From positions 293,154 to 357,153 of IMG/VR virus record IMGVR_UViG_3300021400_002728: a DNA stretch of 64,000 bases. One strand, 5' to 3'. The notes under the pieces were generated by a model. The model was not told where the DNA came from and made no database searches. It worked only from the letters and a program-made list of their open reading frames with translations. A program made the translations under genes and the position numbers. Shown one piece after another: positions 27,925 through 37,814 of this stretch (position 1 is its first letter; the number at the start of each line of letters is the position of its first letter). Source of the DNA: a virus. Taxonomy: Duplodnaviria > Heunggongvirae > Uroviricota > Caudoviricetes.

Positions 27925-28224
27925 TTATCTAGCATTCTCATACATTTCAGAGATGCGAGACTCCAGCTCATCAGTGTTCTCATTTTCATTTACATCAAAT
28001 AACTCATCACTATTACCACCAAATTTTTCAGCAATGCACTTAGAGCACATATATCTAGTTGTAAATATATTGTGGTATGAGTTAGGGAAAAATTCAGGTG
28101 GGAAAATATTAGCGATTTCTCTTTCTCTTTGCATAATTTCCTCAAATTTGTCCTCAGTAATAAAAGTTACTTTATTCTCACCACAAGATGAGCATGTGAA
28201 TTCAAATCTTTTTAAGCGTACCAT
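27925..28224 (-). CDS. Hypothetical Zn-binding protein
   Basis: CSSC...CSKC; start ATG 28224 after AGGAGG. Confidence 0.6.
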   Translation of the reverse strand: MVRLKRFEFTCSSCGENKVTFITEDKFEEIMQREREIANIFPPEFFPNSYHNIFTTRYMCSKCIAEKFGGNSDELFDVNENENTDELESRISEMYENAR

Positions 28225-28426
28225 GATTATTATCCTCCTGTAGTCATTTATAATACCATTTGTAATAGTTTTCTTCTTAATATATAAATTATAAAACAAC
28301 ATAATTAAAGTTCCCAGAAGTCATCCTAGGAACTCCAAATGATATAAAATGAGTGCAATAGTTATTGCTTCCATTGCACTCATCCATACTTTAATTATAT
28401 AATTAAATAGCTCTTATTTAAGCTTT

Positions 28427-29725
28427 TTAATCAGCGAGCTCAACAAGATATCTGCAAGCTACCTGAGCTTTATCATACACGATAACTTCATCTCTTCGAA
28501 TGTATGAAGCAGAATTTGCGTGAGCATGTACTGACTGATAACCCATCTTTCTGAACTTCTCAAACTTCTTACTGTCAAGATCACAAACACGGATTTCTCC
28601 ATTAATTCGATCGTAGTTATTAGTGCAATCAAATGAATTGCCCTTAATAACAGCATTTACAAACATCCATCTGGACTGACGATCTGAATCTCTTCTTGTA
28701 TAGTTCCAAGACTTATTAGGACTTGGTGCACTATAGATACCATCACCAAATGCAGATCCGCAATAAGCTGCGTTTGCAGGTCGAATGATAAGACCGTTTG
28801 CCATGATCGAAAGAACGTTTTCAGCACCAGTACCATGCCAGTACAACTTAATGTTTGTATCACAATCTTCAAGACCGTTGGTCTTAAGATACTCAGCAAA
28901 CTCAGTATCTCTTACCGGATTTGCAACTTTATATACATGCTTAACTCTGAAAGATCCGGAATCAGATTCTTTCTTAAGTTTATCTTCGATCATCTTAACT
29001 TCCTTAGCAGTTGCAGTAGTAAAACCAAAACCAAATGCCTGCGAAATAGTATTTACACCATCTGCATTATTAGTAGCTTTACTCTGAAGGATAATGTTAT
29101 CCAACAGTGACTGCTCATTACTGATGTACTTATCGAGATCTTCGGCTTTAGGAAGCTGTGTAGGATTATATACTGCATCTCGTACATTTTTGATCTTTCT
29201 AGGAATGATCGTCCAGATCTTTAACAGTGCTTTATTAAACTGATCTGCGCATTCTTTAATAAAGCTTGCCTTTGTCTGAGAACTATCTGCAACTCCCTTT
29301 TTCTTACACCAGTTTTTATAACTATCTGATGTAGCGAAGTCGTTCTTAACAGTAGTAAGTGTATTGATAAGATCCTGAACTTCGGCGATTGTTGCAGGAT
29401 TCAAAGTTCCGATATCAGTCTGATTAGAGACGTACTGTCTTGAAATGGCGAGTAGATGATTGAGCAGCTTCTCAATTTCTGGATCATTCTCAGGTTTGTA
29501 ACCTTTCGTAACTGTCGTCGTCTTAGAAATGTCTTGATAACCTTTCTTCACCTTTGAGTTGTACTTAGATGACCAATCCTTAATAGGATAAGTAGTCTTA
29601 GTTCCATCAGTACCAACTCTTCCCCATGTTACAGTGAAAGTTCCATCATTGTTGTCATGCATGTGATAGAACTTGTTGTGATTGTCTGCGGTTACCATAA
29701 TGAGCTTTACATCTGCATTCGCCAT
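28427..29725 (-). CDS. PARP-like ADP-ribosyltransferase with WGR, helical regulatory and catalytic domains
   Basis: HNKFY...TWGRVG (WGR); WTIIPR; LYWHGT, AFGDGIYSA, KSWNY, DEVIVY (H-Y-E triad). Confidence 0.88.
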   Translation of the reverse strand: MANADVKLIMVTADNHNKFYHMHDNNDGTFTVTWGRVGTDGTKTTYPIKDWSSKYNSKVKKGYQDISKTTTVTKGYKPENDPEIEKLLNHLLAISRQYVSNQTDIGTLNPATIAEVQDLINTLTTVKNDFATSDSYKNWCKKKGVADSSQTKASFIKECADQFNKALLKIWTIIPRKIKNVRDAVYNPTQLPKAEDLDKYISNEQSLLDNIILQSKATNNADGVNTISQAFGFGFTTATAKEVKMIEDKLKKESDSGSFRVKHVYKVANPVRDTEFAEYLKTNGLEDCDTNIKLYWHGTGAENVLSIMANGLIIRPANAAYCGSAFGDGIYSAPSPNKSWNYTRRDSDRQSRWMFVNAVIKGNSFDCTNNYDRINGEIRVCDLDSKKFEKFRKMGYQSVHAHANSASYIRRDEVIVYDKAQVACRYLVELAD

Positions 29726-29798
29726 ACTTTTACCTCTTTTCTTATATCTTACACTGTGTATTGTTGGTATATAACTAACTTTATTAGATCTTAAATTT

Positions 29799-29827
29799 AT
29801 TATATCAAGAAATAGTATAAATGTAAA
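29799..29827 (-). promoter_or_regulatory. Promoter TTTACA-N17-TATAAT upstream of the PARP gene
   Basis: Exact hexamers, 17-bp spacer. Confidence 0.75.
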
Positions 29828-29850
29828 TAGTTTCTAAAATATTTTTAGCT

Positions 29851-30060
29851 TTATACTTCAGGAATTTTTACTCCGAGTTCCTTAGCAATAACTGCAAATG
29901 CGAAAGCCACTTCTCTACGTTGCGACTCTGAAAATTTCTCTGCGATATTTGCAGTATCACTATCGCCTTCTAATGTTTCATTAACAGTTTTAACTAACTG
30001 TTCAATGGGGTACATTTTTTCCTTAATATAAAATGCTGATATGTGTTTATCCATAATCAC
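29851..30060 (-). CDS. Hypothetical protein
   Basis: GGAGG RBS. Confidence 0.5.
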   Translation of the reverse strand: MIMDKHISAFYIKEKMYPIEQLVKTVNETLEGDSDTANIAEKFSESQRREVAFAFAVIAKELGVKIPEV

Positions 30061-30443
30061 GCCTCCTCAAAATGATATGCATTAGGTTGCATTCCGTAAG
30101 CACAAAGAAACTCTTCATATTTATGATGGATAATTATATCTTCACCAAATTTTGCAATCTGTACACGACATGCATTATGATATGAAGGATTTGTACTACC
30201 ATAACATTCAGGTTCAAGATCAAAACTAACAATAAATTCATGATCTACTTTATCTGAATATTCTTTTTCATGATAGTCAACTTCAATATTAGTAATAATA
30301 ACATGATATTCTTTAAGCCAATCATGAATATTACTTCTAAGTCTGCCCTGAATACACCTCATTTTTTCATGTGTCATTTCATTTGGATAATTTATATAAA
30401 ATTTGAACATATACTTTACTCCTCTATGAGAATATCTAAACAA
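30057..30443 (-). CDS. Hypothetical protein
   Basis: ORF; likely start at MFKFY after AGGAG. Confidence 0.55.
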   Translation of the reverse strand: MFRYSHRGVKYMFKFYINYPNEMTHEKMRCIQGRLRSNIHDWLKEYHVIITNIEVDYHEKEYSDKVDHEFIVSFDLEPECYGSTNPSYHNACRVQIAKFGEDIIIHHKYEEFLCAYGMQPNAYHFEEA

Positions 30444-30640
30444 CCTTCAGTAATACCAGCTACAGTTACATCAAAATTCTTAAAGTTATTGTCAGGCCAC
30501 TCTTCATCTACTTTAGTAGAATATTGATAGAGCTTTCCTTTATAGATAATTTTATTAGCTGAAACTGGACCACTAGATAAAAGTTTAATGATTACTGGTG
30601 TGTCATTACTAAAAATTCTTGTAAATTCTCCAAGTGTCAT
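30416..30640 (-). CDS. Hypothetical protein
   Basis: AAGGAGGTGA RBS. Confidence 0.55.
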   Translation of the reverse strand: MTLGEFTRIFSNDTPVIIKLLSSGPVSANKIIYKGKLYQYSTKVDEEWPDNNFKNFDVTVAGITEGCLDILIEE

Positions 30641-30707
30641 ATTCTCACCTCCTTAAGCAAAAACAAATGCCAATGCTATTTTATAAGCATTGACATTTTT
30701 CTCATTC

Positions 30708-31262
30708 TTACATAATTTCTTCAGGTGTTCCAATCGGATTTACATACTTACCACCATTAGAGCCAGATTCAATTTTATAGTCATCAATCCAATACTTAAT
30801 GTTATTTCTCTTAGCATTGAGTCTAATAGATTTATCAAATCTACTGCGAAGGATTCCATCCTTAGGTGTCTGAATATATGCATGAATGGTACCGTCGTCA
30901 CCAACCTTATCACGATCCATATAGATGGTGTGATATGACTCGTATTCTTCTACACTTTCAATGAATCCATCAATAGTGTCATCAATTGTATCTGATTTTA
31001 TAAGTTTAAAAGTTTTAATAACGCTTCTATGTCTAAAGCTATAATCATCAACAATATTAAGACTATCTGTTACACCTGCAAGTGCGATCTGTATTGTTTC
31101 AATCTTTCCAAGCATCTGAGAGTTCTTCATATACTCTCCATTATCTAACTTTTCAATACATTTGTCAGGCATATCAAGGATTTTTCCTGAACCGATATCT
31201 TCAATTTCCCAACCAGAAGGTGATGTTGCAGATCGCTGAACCTTAAAAATTCTCTGTACCAT
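30708..31262 (-). CDS. Hypothetical protein
   Basis: AAGGAG RBS; downstream of the promoter at 31357-31385. Confidence 0.65.
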   Translation of the reverse strand: MVQRIFKVQRSATSPSGWEIEDIGSGKILDMPDKCIEKLDNGEYMKNSQMLGKIETIQIALAGVTDSLNIVDDYSFRHRSVIKTFKLIKSDTIDDTIDGFIESVEEYESYHTIYMDRDKVGDDGTIHAYIQTPKDGILRSRFDKSIRLNAKRNNIKYWIDDYKIESGSNGGKYVNPIGTPEEIM

Positions 31263-31356
31263 AATAGTTTTTCTCCTTTAAATAAATTCTATTTTTCGAT
31301 CTTTATTAAAGTAATTTCTCTATTATATATAAATAGTTCTTTATTACTATATCATT

Positions 31357-31385
31357 ATTATAATATGTTTTTTATTATTTGTAAA
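31357..31385 (-). promoter_or_regulatory. Promoter TTTACA-N17-TATAAT
   Basis: Exact hexamers, 17-bp spacer. Confidence 0.7.
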
Positions 31386-31406
31386 TAGATAAATCACAAA
31401 AAATAT

Positions 31407-31438
31407 AGGCACTGCCCTCAATTAAGAAGGCAGTACCT
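31407..31438 (-). terminator. Intrinsic terminator after the nrdD/endonuclease operon
   Basis: AGGTACTGCCTTC-TTAATT-GAGGGCAGTGCCT stem followed by ATATTTTT. Confidence 0.65.
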
Positions 31439-31449
31439 ATTTGTGTTAT

Positions 31450-32343
31450 TTAACAATTCGAACAAGCTGATCTAATATTTGTTACTTCTCCATGATGCTT
31501 TACACGATGCTGAACTTCATCGATCTTTCCATCATTGAATGCTGTGAGAAAATCCTCTATCATATTAGATTGATTCCATAATACAATATAATTTAATTGT
31601 TTACTATATTCTTTTTTACGTATATCTAGACTTGTCCATACATTTATAGCAATTTTGTAGTACTTACTATTTTTACTTTTCCACATATTTAATTTTTCTA
31701 TATCTTGTTCATTAGTTTCATCAAAATAATGATTATTATGCGTCCAATGGAAATTACATTCTATAAATAAATCTAATGACTTAATATAAAAATCACAATT
31801 AAATGGATAACGTTCATCAGAATATTGTCTTACTATATCAGTTTCTTTAAATATAGTTAACAAATACTCATAAAATTTATCTTCAGCTTTAGATGAACAA
31901 AACGTATTATTTTTACGTTTTGTGTCATTTTGACGTTGAATCATTTCTTTCGAATGAACTTTTTCAATAACATTAGGTTGATTAAATGGATTTTTTACAC
32001 CATATTTTAATAAACACGTTTGTTCAACTTTTTGTTTATACTTAGTTGTTTTATGTCCTTTACTAATATTATTACACCATTCTTCAGTAAAGACTCTACC
32101 TTTTAAGGCTTTAGATAAATTTTGTTTATGCTCTTTAGAATCAGGTAATTTTCCATATCTAAAACCATCAGGTAATGGTTCAGAAGCTTTTATACACTTC
32201 TGAACCATACCATTAGTTATCCATTTAGTTCCTTTAGTAAAAGAACCATAGTTTGTTCTACCTCTAATAAAACCTTCTGGAATAGTATCAGTATCATAAA
32301 ATTTTTTATCTATGATACCATTTGTATACCAATGTTTTATCAT
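31450..32343 (-). CDS. Free-standing putative homing endonuclease (WxTNG repeats, NUMOD3-like segment, Vsr-like nuclease) ending in a duplicate NrdD C-terminus
   Basis: WYTNG/WITNG repeats, YPFNCDFYIKSLDLFIECNFHWTH; C-terminal AFNDGKIDEVQHRVKHHG; TAATG overlap with the nrdD stop. Confidence 0.78.
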   Translation of the reverse strand: MIKHWYTNGIIDKKFYDTDTIPEGFIRGRTNYGSFTKGTKWITNGMVQKCIKASEPLPDGFRYGKLPDSKEHKQNLSKALKGRVFTEEWCNNISKGHKTTKYKQKVEQTCLLKYGVKNPFNQPNVIEKVHSKEMIQRQNDTKRKNNTFCSSKAEDKFYEYLLTIFKETDIVRQYSDERYPFNCDFYIKSLDLFIECNFHWTHNNHYFDETNEQDIEKLNMWKSKNSKYYKIAINVWTSLDIRKKEYSKQLNYIVLWNQSNMIEDFLTAFNDGKIDEVQHRVKHHGEVTNIRSACSNC

Positions 32344-35138
32344 TATGAACATCCTTTACATACATTAGCAAAATCGTCTGCATTAACTGTACCATGGTGT
32401 TTTACTCTATGTTGAACTTCATCAATCTTTCCGTCATTAAACGCATCAAGATAAGATTCAGTAATATAACCAGTAACTCTTCTAAGTCTCTGAATGTTAG
32501 TACTCTTACATGCTGGACATTCATTTCCAATCTCACCAGACCAACCGCAATCTCTACAAGTATCAAGACTAAGATTGATTCCAAGATAAGGAATATCCTT
32601 TGACATAGCATACTGAACGAGCTTTCTAAGAGCTTTAATATTCTTGCTAGCTGCAGTATCAATTTCAACATAAGTGATACATCCAGCATTCGAATATCCA
32701 GTAAGCTGAGCTTCAAGATCAATCTTCTCAAATGGAGTCATATCGTGCCATACAGGAATATGTATAGAGTTAGTAAAGAACTCTTTATCAGAAACATCCT
32801 TAATTACTCCATATTTTGATCTAAACTTGCTAAGAGATGTATGACAAAGAGACTCTGCAGGTGTATAGTAAACACCAAAGTTAAGATGAATTGTCTGTCC
32901 CTGAATTGTATATGTGTCTGCTTTGTATTCAGCACACTTCTTATTAAAGAGAGCTTCAATTCGCTTTGCTAACTCCATACCCTCTTTAGTAGTATGATCC
33001 TTACCAATAAGAATCTGAAGAGTTTCAGCTACACCAATCTGGCCAATAGCAAGTGTACCATGTTTAAGTGCTGAAATGATTCCTTCCTTAGGAATATATC
33101 CAAGCATTGTTCTGTTCTGATACATAAATGCTGCAGAAGCAGGACTCTGACTTGCAATAAGTTTAAATCTTTCTACAAGACCATCTTTACACTCTTCGAT
33201 CTTTCTAGTAAGAATATCAAAGAAGTCCTCAATGTTCTTCTCACCAATACGACCTTTAGCCTTCATAGCAAGAGTAGGAAGAATAACTGTAGCAGGAGCT
33301 AAGTTACCACGACCATCTTTCTGATTTCCTGAATAGAAATAATCCTTAGGTGGACGATTATACTTAATAATTTCATCAATAATATAGTTGAAATTAAAGT
33401 TTGCATCATACCCATTGTATGTTCTACACGTTTTATCTAATGTTACCATTAGCACTGACTATATCTTCTACTTAAATGTTAATTCATTTAATCACAATTC
33501 GCACATGTGAGGATTTCTCCATAGTCTTCCGCTTTGGTTCTCAGGTGGGTCTTGTTTCCTTCTTCCACCGACGGTGCTTATCTCCGTCCCTACTCCCTTA
33601 CATTCATCGGGGATAGTCGATACACTTTACCATTAAGGTCTTAGCACGGTCTCATCAATCATTCATTACACATACAAATAATGAAGGACCTAACCGTTAG
33701 CCACATTTCTGTGACACCCTCGAGCGAGGTTCAAAAGATTTTAGATGAGCTGCAGTTTACACTTACCCATCGTGCTCATGATTTCTACAGGATCAATGAT
33801 AGTCTCATCAATTTCAACTACATCTTCATTAAGAACCATCTTATAATGTCTAGCTTCATTTTTATTTTCCTTAACCCAATTTGCAAGCTTAGTCATCTTC
33901 TCTTTAGATAACTTAGCAAGACAAGCTCTCTTATGCTCTACATCTTTCATTCTGCCAGCAGTATCAATTGACCACTGAGCATTTACATAGTTAGGATAAA
34001 ATCTCTTTGCAGTACATCTAAGTGCCTTAAGGAAAATATCATAGTTAGGTGTGCCAGGCATACCATTAATGTCTGTATGATACTGCAAGATACCACAAGG
34101 GAAAATAGGTGTCTTATGAAGAGGACCTGTTCCATCAAGTGTAGCATCAAGAATAGCATGAGAAACCATTCTACCTTCAGTAAGTGTACAAGTACCATAG
34201 TTGATAGAACTAAATGGTAACTGCTGTCCACTTCTTGACTGAAGAGAGTTGAGATTATGTACAAGAGCTTCAGCTCCCTGATGTACTTCTCTAACAGTTA
34301 AGTCATAAGCATACTGGAAGCAAGGATCATCTTTATAGTCATCAATAGAAAGATCTGCACAATTAGCAGGTACTTTCCAATCTTCATGCTGAATATACTT
34401 CTTACCATCACGAAGATGCTTAAAGAATGACCATCTAACACTAGGAATAGCTGACCAGTCTAAGTGAGTATAAGCAACTCCACCAAACTGTTGAAGTGAT
34501 TGAACCTGCATATAAACTGCTGCCTGCTGAAGGAATGTGCTAGCAGATTTTGCAGGTCTAATATCTGTCTGTTTGATATGAACACCATCTCTATTCATAT
34601 TATCAATAGGAATAGACAAACAGTTATGCATTCCTGACGAATAAGAATCAAGATCATGTGTATAGACTTCGTTGTTATTATGATTGTCTCTGAAAGTTTT
34701 ACTCATAGTCTTAAGAGCATTGTCTTTAAGAAGGACTCTAGCTGCTTCATTCATTCTTCCTGAGAAAGATCTTTCATCACAGTTAGCATTAGAGTTCTCT
34801 ATATTAGAACCACTGAGTTTCTTTTCAAAGGCTTTAATAATGTCTGACTGATAGACATGTTCTTTCTGTCTATCATAATGATATGTAATGTAACTCTTGG
34901 CTACTTCTTTATAAGCAGTCTGCATCAGACGATTTTCTACCATGTCTGATAATTTCTCTGCTTCTACAATATTTACATTTTTCTTTGTGAGTTCTTCTTC
35001 TATCTGATCTGCAATTCTATTAGCCATAAAATCTGGTACATTTTCAGATTCAGTAGCAGCAGAAGCTAATTTTATGGAATTAACAATTTTGGACTTATCA
35101 AAGTCCTCTAACTTTTTATTATATTTTCTAACTCTCAT
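32343..35138 (-). CDS. nrdD: Anaerobic (class III) ribonucleoside-triphosphate reductase with ATP-cone; two exons 35138-33765 and 33428-32343 (819 aa spliced)
   Basis: ATP-cone, HNCLSIP, QQFGG, STMG|CRT thiyl-Cys motif restored by splicing, CRDC...CPAC, RRVTGY glycyl-radical motif. Confidence 0.95.
33429..33764 (-). ncRNA. Group I self-splicing intron in nrdD (336 nt, no ORF)
   Basis: 5' exon ends in U, intron ends in G; P1 GAUGGGU/GCUCAUC with U-G at the splice site; P10 CUGCA/UGUAG; P7 GACUA/UAGUC with AAGAUAUAGUC; excision restores in-frame MGCRT. Confidence 0.92.
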
Positions 35139-35152
35139 AGCTAGTGGTCTCC

Positions 35153-36727
35153 TTATAAATACTGATCTACATTATCTATTGGCATAGTTAAGTCTAATTC
35201 TTCAATAGGCTTAACTGCATCATAATCCTCTTCTTCGATTTCAGGTTCTTCTTCCTCTATCTGAGGTTTCATTTTAACCTTCTTAAGAATTTCAGAATAT
35301 GGTGCAATACGATATACTTCTTGAGTTCCTTTCTTATTAAAGATAGGATATTTTGAGATAAATAATGCAGTAGGTTTGAATGTACCTATTGCACCCTTGT
35401 ATGGTTTTCTCAAACTCATAATATCGTAACTCTTATCAAATTTTTGAACGCCTGCAAGTAGCTCTGCAGTCTGTTGTGTTGCACCAGCGTGAATAATATA
35501 ATTGTTAATAGTACCAAGAATTGCTTGAACAAAATGTTCACCAGCATTCATAGCAATTTGGTTAACGTCAAGAATAGAGAATACTGTTTGTACTCCACCA
35601 GATCTACCTTTTTCAAGTAAGTCTTTAATAAGTATAGATGATTCAAGTGTACCAAACTCATCTACACAGAGTAATAACTTATCTGGATAATGTCTTCTTG
35701 TACCTCTATCCATAATATCAGTAAATACAAACGAACTTAACTGATTGGCTAGTGCTTTATTAGAACTAGTGAAGCTGAAACAAATTACAAATGGAGAATC
35801 AATCTCAAATGTAAAGTTTGGATCGTCACCAAACAAGAGTTGAGCTTTAGATGTTAACAGTATTTCAAGTGACTTTTGCAAGTTATTGAAACCATCACGT
35901 TCATTCTGTTGTGGACGATATGACTGAGCAAACTTATATAAACCTGCTATATAGTTTGTTGTTTCACTATGTTCATCTCTGTAACGGTCATAATCTCTAA
36001 TAAGATTCTGAATAGCTAACTGCATGGACGTTTTATAGTGCTCATCTGCACCATCTGTAGACCACCTACGAGTGTTCATCAGCGCTTCAACCTTACCTGT
36101 CTCATCGAGATTTATAAATGGATCATAAGTGAATGTGCAATCTCTAGCACTGAATTCATAATAAGGAAGACCCGCTGATTCAGCAAAGCCTTTCATCTCA
36201 TCAAGAATATCATCTTCACCCTTATAATCAAAAAATACTACTGGTTTGCCTTCGTCTATTCTTTGCTTGAGAATAGTCTTCATAGTGGTAGTTTTACCTG
36301 AACCAGTTGATCCTGTAATGAATGTTTCACCAGATAGAATAGTATTATCTAATTCTATCGCTCTCATATTATATTTGATTTCATTGTGATTAACTGGCAG
36401 AACTCGACCAATAACAAGTTCTTTTGGTCTATGAAGTTTGTTGAAAACGGCGCTAACACTAAATATCCTTCCGGAATAATCTAGGTCAGCGCCGTCGCTC
36501 ACATGGTTTCTGTACTTAATGAACATGAGAAATGCAATTAGCAGTACTGAGTATATAATGGTAAACCAACCAAAAACAAAGTAGCATACTACTCCAAAGA
36601 ATCCCTGATCCAGCAATATGACTGGAATTGTCTTTTTCCTGCATAAAATCATGTTTTCACAAGCAATGACGAGAAGAACTACCAAACCAATTAACGATTT
36701 AGTTAGCATTTCGTGCATTGTTGTCAT
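35153..36727 (-). CDS. VirD4/TraD-like type IV coupling ATPase
   Basis: N-terminal TMs, FITGSTGSGKTT, VVFFDYKG, LLCVDEFG, EKGRSGG. Confidence 0.8.
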   Translation of the reverse strand: MTTMHEMLTKSLIGLVVLLVIACENMILCRKKTIPVILLDQGFFGVVCYFVFGWFTIIYSVLLIAFLMFIKYRNHVSDGADLDYSGRIFSVSAVFNKLHRPKELVIGRVLPVNHNEIKYNMRAIELDNTILSGETFITGSTGSGKTTTMKTILKQRIDEGKPVVFFDYKGEDDILDEMKGFAESAGLPYYEFSARDCTFTYDPFINLDETGKVEALMNTRRWSTDGADEHYKTSMQLAIQNLIRDYDRYRDEHSETTNYIAGLYKFAQSYRPQQNERDGFNNLQKSLEILLTSKAQLLFGDDPNFTFEIDSPFVICFSFTSSNKALANQLSSFVFTDIMDRGTRRHYPDKLLLCVDEFGTLESSILIKDLLEKGRSGGVQTVFSILDVNQIAMNAGEHFVQAILGTINNYIIHAGATQQTAELLAGVQKFDKSYDIMSLRKPYKGAIGTFKPTALFISKYPIFNKKGTQEVYRIAPYSEILKKVKMKPQIEEEEPEIEEEDYDAVKPIEELDLTMPIDNVDQYL

Positions 36728-37215
36728 TCATTCTGTACCTCACTATTTTGATTATTTTCACTATCTCCATCTGTGGTTGTATCTGATTCTTCATCTTCGG
36801 AATCAGTATTTTCGTCGTCATCCTGCATACCATCACCATCAATTACATTAGCAGGATTAACAACATCAGGTGCATCTTCATCCTTTATTTTGTCACCAGT
36901 TTGACCAGTTGGATCCCAATATACTCCATCTTCATTGGTAACTATACTTCCACCTTCAAACCAATTGGAAACAGTTTCGCCTACATTATGTGACCAATTA
37001 AAGATAAATTTTAGAACACCAGTCTGGCTAACTCCACCAAGAATGACAAATAAAAAGACCAGTATGCCCAGTACTACTCCAATTGCCTTCCAAATATCGT
37101 CATAATTGGCTCTTGCTTGAGCAGTTTCATTTCTATGTTTCAAACTTTGCCAAGCCTTTGGAAGCACTACAGTAGTTTTTTCTTTGCTTTTCTTTTCCTT
37201 AGCCATGCTAGTCAC
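36724..37215 (-). CDS. Membrane protein with acidic tail
   Basis: Single TM helix, D/E-rich C-terminus. Confidence 0.65.
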   Translation of the reverse strand: MTSMAKEKKSKEKTTVVLPKAWQSLKHRNETAQARANYDDIWKAIGVVLGILVFLFVILGGVSQTGVLKFIFNWSHNVGETVSNWFEGGSIVTNEDGVYWDPTGQTGDKIKDEDAPDVVNPANVIDGDGMQDDDENTDSEDEESDTTTDGDSENNQNSEVQNE

Positions 37216-37223
37216 TCCTTTCT

Positions 37224-37814
37224 TTATTTAGTCAATTGTTTCTTTATGTCTTCCATTCCGACATGCTGTCTGCCAAATACTTTGGCAAATATATCATCTT
37301 CTGTAAAATTTCCATATGATCTAGAATCAGCTGAATTCTGTCTATTATCACCTAAACAAAAATAGTGTTCATTATCTAGAGTAACACTAAAATCGTCAGT
37401 TCCACCATAGTTATAGGCATCATATGTCGGTTCACCATTTATATAAAGTGTATTTCCTTTATATTCAACAGTTTCACCAGGTAGACCAATTACCCTTTTA
37501 ATTAGAGTCTTTTGTGCATTGTCTGAGTAGATTACAACTACATCAAATCGCTGTAAATAATTATAATGTCTTTCAGCTAACAATATGTTAGCATCTTGAT
37601 AATTAGGTTCCATAGATGGACCTGCTACTAATACTATTGTGTATTTAATATTAAATAGCATTACAAGGACTATAGCAATCATTAATATGATACACTTGAT
37701 TTGTTTATACCAAGGTTTCGTTTGTGGAACAATTTCATCTTTTTCTATTTCTTCAACATTTTCTTCTTTAGTTGTTTCAACTTTTACTTCTTCATCCATT
37801 ATTCGCTTCCTCAC
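37224..37814 (-). CDS. lepB: Signal peptidase I (S26)
   Basis: VAGPSMEPN (Ser), LIKRVIGLPGE (Lys), LGDNRQNSADSR. Confidence 0.9.
   Translation of the reverse strand: MRKRIMDEEVKVETTKEENVEEIEKDEIVPQTKPWYKQIKCIILMIAIVLVMLFNIKYTIVLVAGPSMEPNYQDANILLAERHYNYLQRFDVVVIYSDNAQKTLIKRVIGLPGETVEYKGNTLYINGEPTYDAYNYGGTDDFSVTLDNEHYFCLGDNRQNSADSRSYGNFTEDDIFAKVFGRQHVGMEDIKKQLTK

Noticed and set aside
32343-35138. nrdD as a frameshifted pseudogene or a two-gene split
   Set aside because: Fully explained by a group I intron whose removal restores the reading frame and MGCRT
35153-36727. VirD4-like ATPase as C-half of the fractured ATPases
   Set aside because: It has its own TM segments and an intact GSTGSGKT loop
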